Shown piece after piece: positions 47,859 to 60,036 of a DNA stretch of 64,000 nt; the stretch's first letter is position 1, and each line of letters opens with the position of its first letter. The DNA is taken from assembly GCA_022813965.1 (NCBI GenBank), contig JALDZS010000007.1, forward strand, positions 62,001 through 126,000, written 5' to 3'. The stretch is from Toensbergia leucococca (taxonomy: Eukaryota). Below the pieces are notes generated by a model, which was not told the DNA's origin, did no database searches, and was given only the letters and a program-made list of their open reading frames with translations. Both the position numbers and the translations under genes were made by a program.

Positions 47859-49454
47859 CTATATTTTGATCTTCAGCTTGAACCCTACCAGGCTCCACCT
47901 AGCCGCAACAAAGACTGTGCTCCCCGCAAGTAGGAAAACGCCGCAGAATATCTGCAGGTTCTGGAATTTCCCATCCTCGTTCGAAAGGAGTGCGCCACCT
48001 ATTGGATTACCAACCAACGCTGCAACACTGATGATCGAAAACATTGTTCCCGTCCTCGTACCGATTTGCCTGATGTCGGAAATCTGTGCAATCAGTGCTG
48101 GCGCCATGCTAACAAAGGCTCCACTACCGAATCCGTAGAGAGCCGCAAAGACGATGACGGGTGCGTTGGCTTTCGCCGGTAGCCATAAAGCGAGGACGAC
48201 GATGCCGCTGAAATAGCTCATGAATATCATTACGTTGAATCGTCCGAACCGATCGGCGAGGAACCCAGGTATCGTACGGCCGAAAATGGAAGCAGCATTG
48301 AGTATGGCGAGGAGATAGGAGGCGAGATTAGCGGACATACCGACTTGGCCGGCTTGAAGGATGATGAAATTGAAAGGGAGGAAGATGCCAAGGAAGAAGA
48401 GGAAGGAAGCAGCTACTATTAGCACGAAAGGCAGTTCAGACAACGGACGGATAAAGTCCATGAATTTGAAAGGTCTCGGATTAGGTGGAATTCGGGACTT
48501 GATAGTTAGATTTGCAATGGCGAGCATGCCAAGGATCAAGAAAGCGGCACTCCGCATAGCCCAGGGAAATCCGATTTCTGGGATAAGCTTCTGAACCATA
48601 ATGGGGAAGATCACTCCACCAAGGGAGGAACCAGAAGCCATTACGCCGAAAGCAAGGGCACGGTTCCGGAAGAACCAGGTGGCAACAGATGACATGGCGG
48701 GATAAAAAACTGCTGATGCACCAAGTGGGGAGCAGATACCTAGGAGGCTTTAGCGATCATCGCTTCAAGTCCTGATGCAGGGAAATTCAATACCTTGAGC
48801 AAGGATGAATTGGTAATATTCGGTGCTCAGAGAAGCCATCATGAGGCCAAAAACGTGGAAAAAGGTTCCGAAGAGAAGAAGATAGCGAGGACCGTAGTTG
48901 TCGTATAATTTGCCGAATACAGGGCCCTGCACTTGGGTCAGTACGATGATTCGAATACGGGGTACCTCCTTGATTCTCAAGACACTTACACCCAAGAACA
49001 TCATGAATGTCTCCAATGCTGGAATCCATGATACTGTGCTGGGAGAATAAGCACTGAGGAGAGTTGTCTGGTAATAGTCTTGGAAGACTCCTATACCTGT
49101 GTAGCAGTTCTTGTCAGCAAAGGCTTCGGGTGCAATGGGCAAAGTGTAAAAGGTACAATTGATCCAGCCAAAGCTGCAAAATACAGCACAAAAACTGCCC
49201 AATACAACTAGGCATGCCTCCCAGCCTCCGTCGGGGAATTGGCTTGGATCCGTCATACTTGGCTTGGACGGGGCCTGGTCCTTTGTTCCTTGCTCGAGAT
49301 CCTCTTCTGCAGGTTCATCTGCTGTCTCTGGCATTATGTTTGCTTCGGCCTTGGAGGTGATGGGTGCCAAGGCGTGAGAACGTGTAGAGGCTGCATCATG
49401 CGCAACAGTTTTCTCATCTGCCACGACGGCTGTGAAGGACGAAGAGCGACTCAT
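47859..49454 (-). CDS. MFS monocarboxylate-transporter family (Mch4/Mch5-like), 4 exons
   Basis: [17 protein letters not shown]...[69 protein letters not shown]. Confidence 0.92.
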
Positions 49455-49642
49455 GTTGCGATTAGGATAGAGATATCAGTTGAATGGAGTTCGGAGTATG
49501 GGAGATGTCTCGAGGATGGCTGTCAACGGCCAGAAGAGGAGCAAGCTCAAGGTTTGGAATGTTATCGGAATGTGTGTTCCGCACTTGCTTTATTAGACAT
49601 TTTCTTTCGTCGAGCCTCACGTCAGCCTCGACTCTGTCATTG

Positions 49643-49648
49643 TATATA
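49643..49648 (-). promoter_or_regulatory. Probable TATA element of the MFS transporter gene
   Basis: GCTATATACA on the minus strand about 190 nt upstream of the ATG at 49454. Confidence 0.35.
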
Positions 49649-50875
49649 GCAGCCATTATTGTGTCGGAGCAAGCTCTGATTTCCAATCAAAGTCCGTTAT
49701 CTCCTTGAGACGGCCTCGGTTGGAATTTTTACATTTAATCGCGATGACTCAAATGCCGAAAGGCCGACAGAGCGAAACTCTAAAGCGCCTGTCTTGCTCT
49801 TGGAATATTCCATGGAAGCATCAATTAGTCATAGAATATCCGTATCACGAAACGTTACGAGTACACATTAATGACAAGTTCCCATGGATGGAACATCACG
49901 ACCACGAGAGCTACGTTCTTTACCATGGCACAAATCTCACTCATGCTCTTTCCGACTGCATCACCAAAGCCTGTCTCGCGTTCAGATGCAGCTTCTGACT
50001 TCACCGCAATCAGTGTTGTGCGCACGCGGCATTCTCCAAGCTCTCATACTGATCGTGGAAATATGCAATATGCTTACCATGTATTGAACTCATGCTTACC
50101 ACCAAGCTATATACTCTCAAGACAGCCATTTCCGTGTATGATTCTACTTTTTGATGACGAGAAGATGCCTTATCTCCAAGAACATCTATCTGATTCTTCT
50201 TCTCTTGTTGTACTCGTACTCGTACGATTGTGCTCAAGGCTGAATCCATTTCATGTACATCTGCATTTCGATGGCCATATTAGTTCATCTTTTATCCCTT
50301 GACTTTTTATGACAAATAACCGTCAATTATATACTTCTAATTATTTTTCACATACCAATTTGTATACTGTAAAGTACCCTGTGGAAACGGTTGTCGTTCG
50401 GGCCAGGAGCTTGACGCATACATCGCGCCGAATGACCTAATACCAGCCTCAGTGTCACAATTCTTTTTGGATACGGACAGATTACCCATTCTAAAGCATC
50501 CCACACTGGACGGGCCTGCAAATTCTCAGAAATGAGGGAGAGTGAGGTCGATGTCAAGTGTGGTTTCTTCGTTGTAAACCCAAGTTTCGAGAGCAGAGGT
50601 GTGAGGGAGACGTTCAATAACAATTTCCATCATAGATTCCTAAGCAATACACACCCCTGAACCGCCTACAAATACTACGCAGGCAAGTCACGAGACCAGA
50701 CTTTCAATCCTTTGAATACGAGTAGACTAGGAACGTCATGCACCATGATACCCCTCAAAAGTTGTGTCAGCATAGGAAGACCTACCACTTTGAAACTCAT
50801 TCTTCGACGATGACAGTATGTTGAACGTTTCAATGTCAATTCGATCGTTCAGCTCAACCTTTTCCTCATTTCACC

Positions 50876-51667
50876 ATGTCTGAAAATCATTACGACTTCC
50901 TTGATAATGGTTACACAGCCACACTGTATCGTCTTCCAGGCACGCGCAAAGTGTGCAAGTCATTCTTGGATGGCTACAAAGAAACTCATTTCCCACTCGA
51001 GAAGGAGGTCTACGAACGCTTGGCAGCGCATGGCGAACCTCCGACCATCCTAAAATACTACGGCGTGGACGAAGATGATCCCGCTGGTATCATTCTGGAA
51101 TTGGCCGAGAAAGGTAATCTATACAAGTACCGCTGGGATAGTACTAGAGTACTCAATGAGCCGCCAAGTCGGGACGACTTCTATCGCTGGGCACGACAAG
51201 CAGGAGAAGCACTCGCATTTATGCACTCGTGCAGCATCTTGCACTGCGATATCCACTGTGTGAATTTCCAGCTCGACGAGAACCTTGACCTCAAAGTTGC
51301 CGATTTCGCAGGCGCGTCCATCGAGGGACGGAAACCGAATTCACTCTATCGTCTTACGCATCAACTGTTCATCAAGGGAAAGGACAACAAGGAGATCTCA
51401 ATTGCGTCGGAGATATTTGCGCTTGGTTCAGCCATGTATCAAATGGTTACTGACCATGATGTCTTCTTCCCAGAACTGAATGATAGTCGGGACCGGGAAG
51501 AAATCAGACGACGAATCCGCGACAAGGAGTTTCCTGATGTCAGTGAGTTGCCGGTCCTGGGGGTTGTGATTGCGAAATGCTGGGCTTTGGAGTATGAGTC
51601 CATGGAAGATGTACTACAAGGTATCGATGCTGAAAGTCGTTGCGGTGTGGGAGAGAGAATTTCCTAA
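50876..51667 (+). CDS. Stand-alone protein kinase-like protein, non-RD, intronless
   Basis: VCK (beta3 Lys), EKEVYERL (alphaC Glu), IILELAEKGNL, LHCDIHCVN catalytic loop, KVADFAG, SEIFALGSAMYQM, IAKCW. Confidence 0.85.
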   Translation: MSENHYDFLDNGYTATLYRLPGTRKVCKSFLDGYKETHFPLEKEVYERLAAHGEPPTILKYYGVDEDDPAGIILELAEKGNLYKYRWDSTRVLNEPPSRDDFYRWARQAGEALAFMHSCSILHCDIHCVNFQLDENLDLKVADFAGASIEGRKPNSLYRLTHQLFIKGKDNKEISIASEIFALGSAMYQMVTDHDVFFPELNDSRDREEIRRRIRDKEFPDVSELPVLGVVIAKCWALEYESMEDVLQGIDAESRCGVGERIS

Positions 51668-52462
51668 TTTTAATATATTATTTAGACCGAGGTGTGTCGT
51701 TGCTAAATTCTCGAGTAGGAGCCTATTGAAGATATTCTCGAGCATACCGATGCTGAAGGTCGAAGCATTGCCTCGGACGTTGTAGCTTGAGTGCTGTCGG
51801 TGTGCTCAATAACTTTGCTTATTGTGACGGTCACGATCGTCTCTTTATCTCTCCCCTCTGAAACCTCTGGTAGCCAAGTCCTTGGCTTACGCTTATTTGG
51901 AAGTCCATGCTCTTCCGCCTATAGACGAACGTTGAAGACGCATGCTGTCTTCAACGTATCAGTCTCCCATCATACTATCTCTTTGATATGTAACTTATCG
52001 ACATTGAAAAGATTTTCAGTATAAAGCAGAGCCACAATTGTAAAACAGGGGCCACGAAGCTGATTTGTGTTTAGTAGTATGGTATTGTGTCAGTAATCTC
52101 AACAACACAAATTAATCAACTTAATATTTTTTCATCAGACTTCTGGCCGGTCCTTTTCAGTCAAACCATCCTTTTAATACTTCGATTCCCGACCATCAAA
52201 TAGGTAGAAATGAACCTCCAATATTTTCCAACGGCCATCACATTGTTGAATACAAGCAGATCACTCATCCATACCATCAAGCCACACCTCCACAGGCCGT
52301 CATATTGCAACAAAAATGTCGTGCAAGAACAAACGACGGAACGTCCTTCTCCTAAGCCTATACTCAAACAAAAAACAAACAGAACGACAAATTCCATCGC
52401 ATCCCCAACCAACACCTTTCGCTATGCCATCACCCTTCCCCATCCCTCCAAAAAAAAAACCC

Positions 52463-54805
52463 TCAAACCAGCACCCCCTCCCTCATCCTCTCCACCGCCT
52501 TCAACCCCACCCCCCTCAACCGTCCCAACTGACTCAAATTCCCAACAACCACCCCCTCGTTCACACCTTCCTCCCCTCCATCCCAAAGCGCCTCAAGTAT
52601 CAACTCCGCCTTCTTCGCCCCCACGCCTTTCAGCAGGCGAATCTGCGCCACGTCGCGCGTGTTGACGATGTCGAGAATGTGTCTTGTTCGCGGCGTGCGG
52701 GAGGCTGTTTCCGAGAGCTCGTCGCGGAAGACGTCGACGGCTGGTTTTGACCCACTGGGGTTTCGCGGATTTTTTGGACGCCGAGATTTGTAGTGGAAGC
52801 TGTCGGGGGAGTCGTAGCCAGCATCATGTAGGGATGGAGGAGGGTCTTGATAATCGTCATCGTCGTCGTCTTTAACACTATGGATCTTCTTGCTCAAAGC
52901 CACCGTGCCCGTAGACTCGGGGTGGAAGTGCGATTTGGGTCCCGGTGAGAAATGCTCCTTCTTCTTCAGTCCGTCGCCGTTCTGTTTCTTCTCCGAGAGC
53001 TTTCCACGCAACCTTTCAATCTTCGCGTCGAGCTTGGCATTATCCGGGAAAAAGTCTTTGGCAAGCTGGTACATTTTCAAGGCGCTGCCATCTTCGCCTC
53101 GCACATGGTGCTGTTTCGCCATGAGAAGGAACTCCAGCCCTTGTTCTCTGCCGTCCTTTTTGCCTTCGATCCTTTGCTCCAGCAGATCGAGACGGCGTTG
53201 GACTTCTTCGCTAATTTCGTGGACAGGGGCTATTGAGGGTTGGTCGAGAGCTTGAGCGGCGAGGATCTCGGTGACTTTTTTTTCGATTATTTCTTCGATG
53301 CTTTCTTTGGACATGGTCGGGGGGTCTCTAGAAGTTCGGCGTGGACTGGAGCGGGAGACTTTGGAGGGACGGGAAGCGGCCGAGTTGAAGTGATCTGAAG
53401 GGCGTTTGAGAGGGGATGAGCGCCTTGGGCCATCTGGCCGTGTCGGATGAGCTGATGGATTGGATTGCCGTGGTCTTGATTTATCTGAGTAGACAGAGAA
53501 GGCTTTTGGAATTTTGTCGCCATGCTTTGAAGTTGCCTTTGAAGCATGCATTGTGGCATTGTGGACTGTGCTAGCTAGGGGCCTCAAGGGTTGCCTCTGT
53601 ATCGAAGGGCCTGAGAAAGTCGGCACTGCTCGAGGACACCCTTTGAAAACGGGTTCGTTTTCTATCTCTCTGACTTCAACCTTCTTGGTCCGGTTCGCAA
53701 AGTTCAGGGAACTGAGGGTATCCAAGTGATACGATTTTACGGGAGCCAGGTTGAGGATCATGATTGTGAGTCCGTTGTTCTGTCCAAGGGAAAGAATCCG
53801 GGTCATCTTCGACTCTCTATACGGGATTCGTGCCTGCTTCCTACTGATGGCCTCGACGCACTGCGCCAGGACGAAAAGACTCTTATTGATGCTCGCTGAC
53901 TCCACCAGGCGTTCCTTGCCATTGTCGGTCCTTCGGTTATCCTCAGAGCCCGCCAAATCAATCGCAGAGGCCGTGCTAATCCTCATTTCATCCCCCGTAG
54001 TAACAGACAGCTTGACACACAAAATAGCGTGCGACCTTGAAGAATGAGCATTGAGCTAGCGCCCCACATCAGCATCTCAACGACCACGGTGGGTAACAAC
54101 GCCTCTCACCTTGGTCGCACTGGTCGAACGATTCACATTCGCTGCATCATAAAGCCTTTCAAACTCCTTCAAACTCTCACACGGCCGCTCAGTCAAGCCC
54201 ACAACAACAGTCTTGCCCCCATTGTCCCTCAGCTGCAACCCAGTAGCGGTCCTCTTTTCAGGCGCCTCAAACAGATCAAACACGCGGTCGTTGTAAATCT
54301 CGTAATAACTCATGGCAACCTCGACACTCGTCTTTCCAAGAGAATCCTTCTCAATCTTCCTCGCACGCCGGTATATCCCACTCAGCATCCTCGGAATAAC
54401 CCCCCTCTCAGCCAACGTCTTTCCCCCACGCATCGTGTGAGTTTTCCCCGTACCAGTGACCCCATACGCAAAGAGTGTGATATCAAAACCACCAAAAAGG
54501 TGTTTAATCGTAGGCGCGACTGCAGCCACTTAGCACTCTCATCTCCCCTCCAACCTCCGGTGCACCCCAAACCCCCAGCCTACAAACTCACCTTCGGCAT
54601 CAAAAATCTCCTGCTGGGAAGCTTCCTGATCGTATACACCATGAAACTGGAAAGTAAACTCCTCGCCCCCGTTCCGCGGATTCGGAATTCGCACGGTGTT
54701 TAGAGAGGTTGTATCCGCGCCGCTGCATGTTGCAGAAACGATGGTGTCTTTGACGAGTTCGCTGCTGAGCTGAGGTCTGATGCGGGCGACGACGCGGACG
54801 GACAT
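52463..54805 (-). CDS. Kinesin-10-like (KIF22/Kid-type) motor with C-terminal helix-hairpin-helix; 3 exons
   Basis: VRVVARIRP, P-loop FAYGVTGTGKTHTM, SYYEIYND, NAHSSRSHAI, IDLAGSED, RIPYRESKMTRIL; HhH motifs LLKGVGAKKAE and RLRGVGLKAVE. Confidence 0.9.
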
Positions 54806-55281
54806 TGGAATTATTGAATAGAAGGTGCTCTAAAAATTGTCTTGGTGGAGCTGTAGTGGTAATCGCCTAAACAGTTGGGGTTGCTACGGTAACGGGAATC
54901 CGACCCTATTTTGAATACGGAGGAGCGGAGTACTCGGTAGAGTAAAGTGAAATACCTACAGCGTCTCCAATTTTATAGAAGAATTGGGATAGCTCTATTA
55001 TTCTCTACTGTTGTTGCAAAGTAGATATGACGAGAAAGTTCAATTGGCTAGAAATTAAGCGTAGAGATCCCTGCTTTTTGCTTTTGTTTATTCACTCGTA
55101 CATATCTTAAACTCGAACTGCAGTTACCAAGTTGGCAGACACGCTTGGCTTCGAGTTCCTGGATGTTTCGATTGGAATCGTATAGCATATACAGCAGTAA
55201 AAGTACCACCGATGGTGGCTTACAATTGCTATATGCCCCATCATGCTTACTACCTCATTGCTTTGGAAGTAAATTTAATTT

Positions 55282-56767
55282 CTATGGAGCATTGAAGTTT
55301 TCAGTCTCCTCGAACTTGACCTTTCCATCTTTACCGATGCTGGCGAAGCTAAGTCGCGTTGGGGTATCTATTGCTGAGGGAGTAGAATTGCTTTGACTCG
55401 ACTGATCGGCATTCAGGCTTTTTACTGCAAGAGCAACGGCAGTCTGTGCTGAGCCTGCTGGGGAGTCTGCTAGCTCGTTGAAGTCTCGTGTGGTGAGTAC
55501 ATCACTTAAACGAGAAGCTCGCGTCTGCAATAGAATTGTTGTTGGCCCATGGAATTGAAGGAAGAGCTGAATAGGGTCAGTGTCCGGCCTGCTGAAGGGG
55601 TGGCGCTGCGCTTACTCTGTCTCCCCAGATTGTTCTTCGGGACCAGGTGCGGAGGTTGAAGAGGAAGGTGGTTACTATGCGCCAAGTGCCTGATTCTCGC
55701 ATGACTCGGAGGAATTTGGTGTCTGGGAGTATACTTGAAATATTGACGTTTGGGATTTGCAACCTGAAAGATGAGGATTTTAGACGATAGGGTAATGGCG
55801 GGTGTTGTGTCACAGTATATGCAACAACATTACTGCAGGAATCTGTTAATTGTGAAGATGCACCAAGCAGAATATAACGCACCTGGGATGGGCAACATAA
55901 CTCTCATCCGCCTTTAAGGTAATCTGAAAAACCTGACCTTTCCCAGCTAATGCAAGCAGGCCTCTTCCAGTGACTTGGGAATAGCCCCAGTGCGCTAGGC
56001 TCTTCACCAGTCAGTCTCAATCAAGCCACTGCTGGAGTATCATTACATACCAGTTTTGCATTCACTACGGGACTTATCGAGAGTGTATGTCCTGTCCAAG
56101 CAAGTAAAGCCTGGCGTTGAGCCACCATCCAGTCCAGTGTGCCATTTAAATGGACCACGGCCAAGGATGTGATGGGTGATTTAGTCGATAGGAGTGCTGT
56201 GACGGGGCTTGCAGAGGATATCTTCATATATCAGCTAGGCAACTTGAGCTTAGATGGAGAAGTAAATACTTTCTGGTAAAGAAAGGGGATACCGAGAACA
56301 GCACGTCGAAAGGGCCCCAGAATCGAAAGGGTTGAAATTACCTAGGAAGTATCAGCCTTTGAATCAGTCCTTGGTCGTTCTACCAAGGCAAGAATCGTAC
56401 GTTTTCGGCTTTTCCACCAAGGCCGACAAGAGTACCACGCCTGGCAAAGAAAGGTTGGGACGCGGACAACGAAATCGAAAGTAGAGAGTATGGCGAAGAG
56501 CCCAAAACCTCGAATTTGGTATCTGTCGGCAGATTGAGCATATAATCTTCGATCCATTTGGGGGAACATACCAAGTGTATCAGCACCCGAGAGAGAAGGA
56601 GGTTTGGGTGAATAGCTATCGAGGGGCGGGTTGTCGCCGGAAGGTGTAGCAGAAATGTGGAGAGTGCGCCGACACATTGTTGGCTGTCGCCATTGCACAA
56701 TGCATGATCTGGCTCTTCGAGAACAGCTGAACGGGAATATAGCTATCTCCTCCAAGGCGCGGCGCAT
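55282..56767 (-). CDS. AIM24: Altered inheritance of mitochondria protein 24, multi-exon
   Basis: Presequence-like start, [93 protein letters not shown]. Confidence 0.88.
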
Positions 56768-57015
56768 GGTTATCTCGAACTACCTTAGGAAGCTCCAAGT
56801 TGAAACGAGCTTTGTGAAGCTGCGAGTTTCTTGTGTTTGCACAGCAAGCAAACATTTAGAATGATGCAATAGTGCAGTGAATTGACCGAATTGACCGCAA
56901 CGCCATCTTCAATTAAATACACAAAGTACAAAGTGCAGTGCATGTCACTCAACGCCGGCATCATGAGGCCTGTGCCCAATCCATAGAGGTCCCATCCACA
57001 TGCGCCTGTGCAACC

Positions 57016-59487
57016 ATGCTCGCCAGCTTGCTAGCGAAAGCTCCTCGGCGTGTCCACTCTTGCCAACACCCCAGACTACCACCATGGCAAAGCAAGCGTT
57101 TTCCTGCTCGACATTTCACATGCACTCCATCTCGTTGGAGCACTTCCTCCAGCCAAAAGAATGAAACACAAACCACATCCAAGGATGAGGACCTTGGAAG
57201 TGTGAAGCCAGAAAGTGTGCAGAAGCCAGCAGCTGCTAAGCCAAATGGACCGCCAAAGACCGATGCCTTGCTTACCGAGCAGACCGTATCCAATAAGGAG
57301 CAGAGGAAGGCAGATTGGGCTATCATGAAAGAGATGGCAAGATATCTGTGGCCGAAGGTGTCATATATAGAAAAGCAATGCTTCAACCATGCACTGACAG
57401 AGTACCCAGGATGACTTGGGGACAAAGGCCCGTGTGGGTACAGCGCTGGTTTTGCTGGTCGGCTCCAAGGTATACTTGTCATTCCTATAAAAAAGGATAC
57501 AGAGGCTCAGGTCGCGGCAGGTCCTGAATGTACAGGTTCCGTTTTACTTCAAGAGCATCGTCGACTCTATGAACGTCGATTTTGTTGCCCTGGGAGGTAC
57601 GGCTTGGACAGTCGGTGGTGCGATGATAGTGGCATGTACGAAACTTCCGAATGACTATTAGCATCTTGCTAACAGCCTCTGGAAGATGGTGCCACCCGAA
57701 TAGGAGCCGCTGTATTCCAAGAACTACGAAACGCAATCTTTGCAAGTGTGGCTCAAAAAGCTATTCGTCGAGTCGCCTGCAATGTCTTCGAACATCTACT
57801 TCGATTAGATTTGAATTTCCATCTCTCGAGACAGACAGGTGGTCTGACAAGGGCGATTGATCGGGGAACTAAGGGTATAAGTTTCCTACTAACCTCGATG
57901 GTTTTTCATATCCTTCCCACTGCTTTAGAAATAGCAATGGTCTGCGGCATCCTGGTATGTAAGACTTCCTTGATGACCCTGACTGTTATCTTGACCTTTA
58001 TAGACATACCAATATGGCCCAAAGTTTGCAACCATCACTGCAGCCACCATGGTCGCTTACACTGCATTCACGATTACAACTACTTCATGGCGAACAAAGT
58101 TCAGAAAACATGCCAACGCTGCCGACAATCAAGGGGCAACGGTAGCTGTCGACTCGCTCATCAATTTCGAAGCTGTCAAGTATTTCAACAATGAGAAATT
58201 CGAAGTCGGGCGATATGACTCAGCCCTCAAGGCCTACGAAGCCGCTTCAATTAAAGTCACCACATCGCTCGCCCTTCTCAACTCAGGCCAAAATCTCATC
58301 TTCTCTAGTGCCCTGGCTGCAATGATGTATCTAGCTGCTGACGGTGTGGCAACGGGCACTTTGACCGTTGGTGATTTGGTCATGGTCAATCAGCTCGTCT
58401 TCCAGCTTTCGGTCCCACTTAATTTCCTTGGCTCCGTCTATCGAGAATTAAGGCAGTCTCTGCTGGATATGGAGACTCTGTTTAATTTACAGAAAGTAAA
58501 CATTGCAGTTAAAGAGACTTTGAATCCTAAAACTTTGCAGCTTTCCAAGGGGGGGGAAATAAAGTTCGAGAATGTCACATTTGGCTATCATCCAAACCGG
58601 CCGATATTGAAAAATCTTAGTGTCACAATACCTGCGGGGAAAAAAATAGCAATTGTTGGACCCAGCGGGTGCGGTAAATCGACTATTCTTCGACTGTTAT
58701 TCCGCTTCTATGATGTACAGGAGGGCCGCATCTTGATTGATGATCAAGACATCCGAGAAGTCAGCCTTCAGAGCCTACGCAAAGCCATAGGTGTAGTACC
58801 GCAAGATACGCCTCTCTTCAATAATACCATCGAGCACAACATCCGCTACGGAAACATAGAAGCCTCGTCAGAAGAAGTGCGGAAAGCAGCCAAAAGAGCA
58901 AGAATACACGAAACCGTCGATGCCCTCCCGGATGGCTACGATACCATGGTTGGGGAGCGAGGCATGATGATTTCCGGCGGTGAAAAACAACGACTCGCAG
59001 TTTCAAGACTGATCTTAAAAGACCCGCCTTTGCTCTTCTTCGACGAAGCTGTACGTTCTTCCCCAGGAGCCAAAATTCCATTCCGGTCAGACGCTGACAC
59101 TGCACCTCTAGACTTCCGCACTCGACACCCACACAGAGCAAACGCTCCTCCAAAACATCAACAGTATCCTCAAAGATAAGGCCCGCACCAGCGTCTTTGT
59201 CGCGCACAGGCTCCGCACGATCTACGACAGTGACAAGATCATTGTGCTGCGGGACGGACACGTGGCCGAGAGCGGCACGCATGCTGAGTTGATGGATGCC
59301 GGGGGAGTCTATTCTGCTTTGTGGAGCGGTGAGTTGGCTCTGTCTGGTCCCTTTAGTTTCGGGATAAAATGCTGATTGTCGTTTTTTCCTGGGTGTAGCT
59401 CAAGAGACTTCGCCGACTGAAGTTGTGGATGCTGAGAGGGAGGTTGGGCCTGAGGGGAGGGATGAGGAGGAGAAGGAGAGAGTGTAG
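57016..59487 (+). CDS. ATM1: Mitochondrial Fe-S export ABC transporter Atm1, multi-exon
   Basis: [55 protein letters not shown], Walker [10 protein letters not shown], signature [27 protein letters not shown]. Confidence 0.96.
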
Positions 59488-60036
59488 GCCGGTTTCGGAT
59501 GATTGGGTTGGGTAGAGGGAAGGGGGTGTTTTGTAATCATAGAGGGCTTGGAGTTTGGATCCTGATGAGACCGGATGTAGTGATGCAAAATAAACAGCTG
59601 TAGACGATTCAATATGAATTCCTGGCCCACCTCCTTTCACCTTCATCTACCACGGCCATCTAATCCTCAATCCTAATTCCCAATTTTCTGATCTCCACCC
59701 TCCGAACCCCAAACAAATACCAGGGAATTCAAGAACAAGCACCGTTTTATTCGAGGCCGGCATGCTTCAAACGCTCGAAGCTGGCCAGGTAATCCACCCC
59801 GTCCAGTCTAAATCTACGCCCAGCAAATAGAGGAAAAATCACAGAGAGAAGAAAGAAAAAAAAAAGGTAATATCTATACAAACCCCCTCCCCTTCTCTCG
59901 GCCCCATCCCTGGTCAGCAACCAAAGCCACCAATCATTACTCCACTCGCCCTATCAAAACAACACTCTCTAGATTAAAATTACATAAACCCGCTTCCCTT
60001 CCTCCATCCTTGGACTGGGAACCCAACCTCACCTAC

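Noticed and set aside
49462..49686. ORF ending just before the MFS start (possible uORF)
   Set aside because: Its first ATG lies just upstream of the probable TATA element, so it is likely outside the transcript.
47859..51667. MFS transporter plus kinase as a remnant of a metabolite cluster
   Set aside because: No synthase, tailoring enzyme or cluster regulator nearby.
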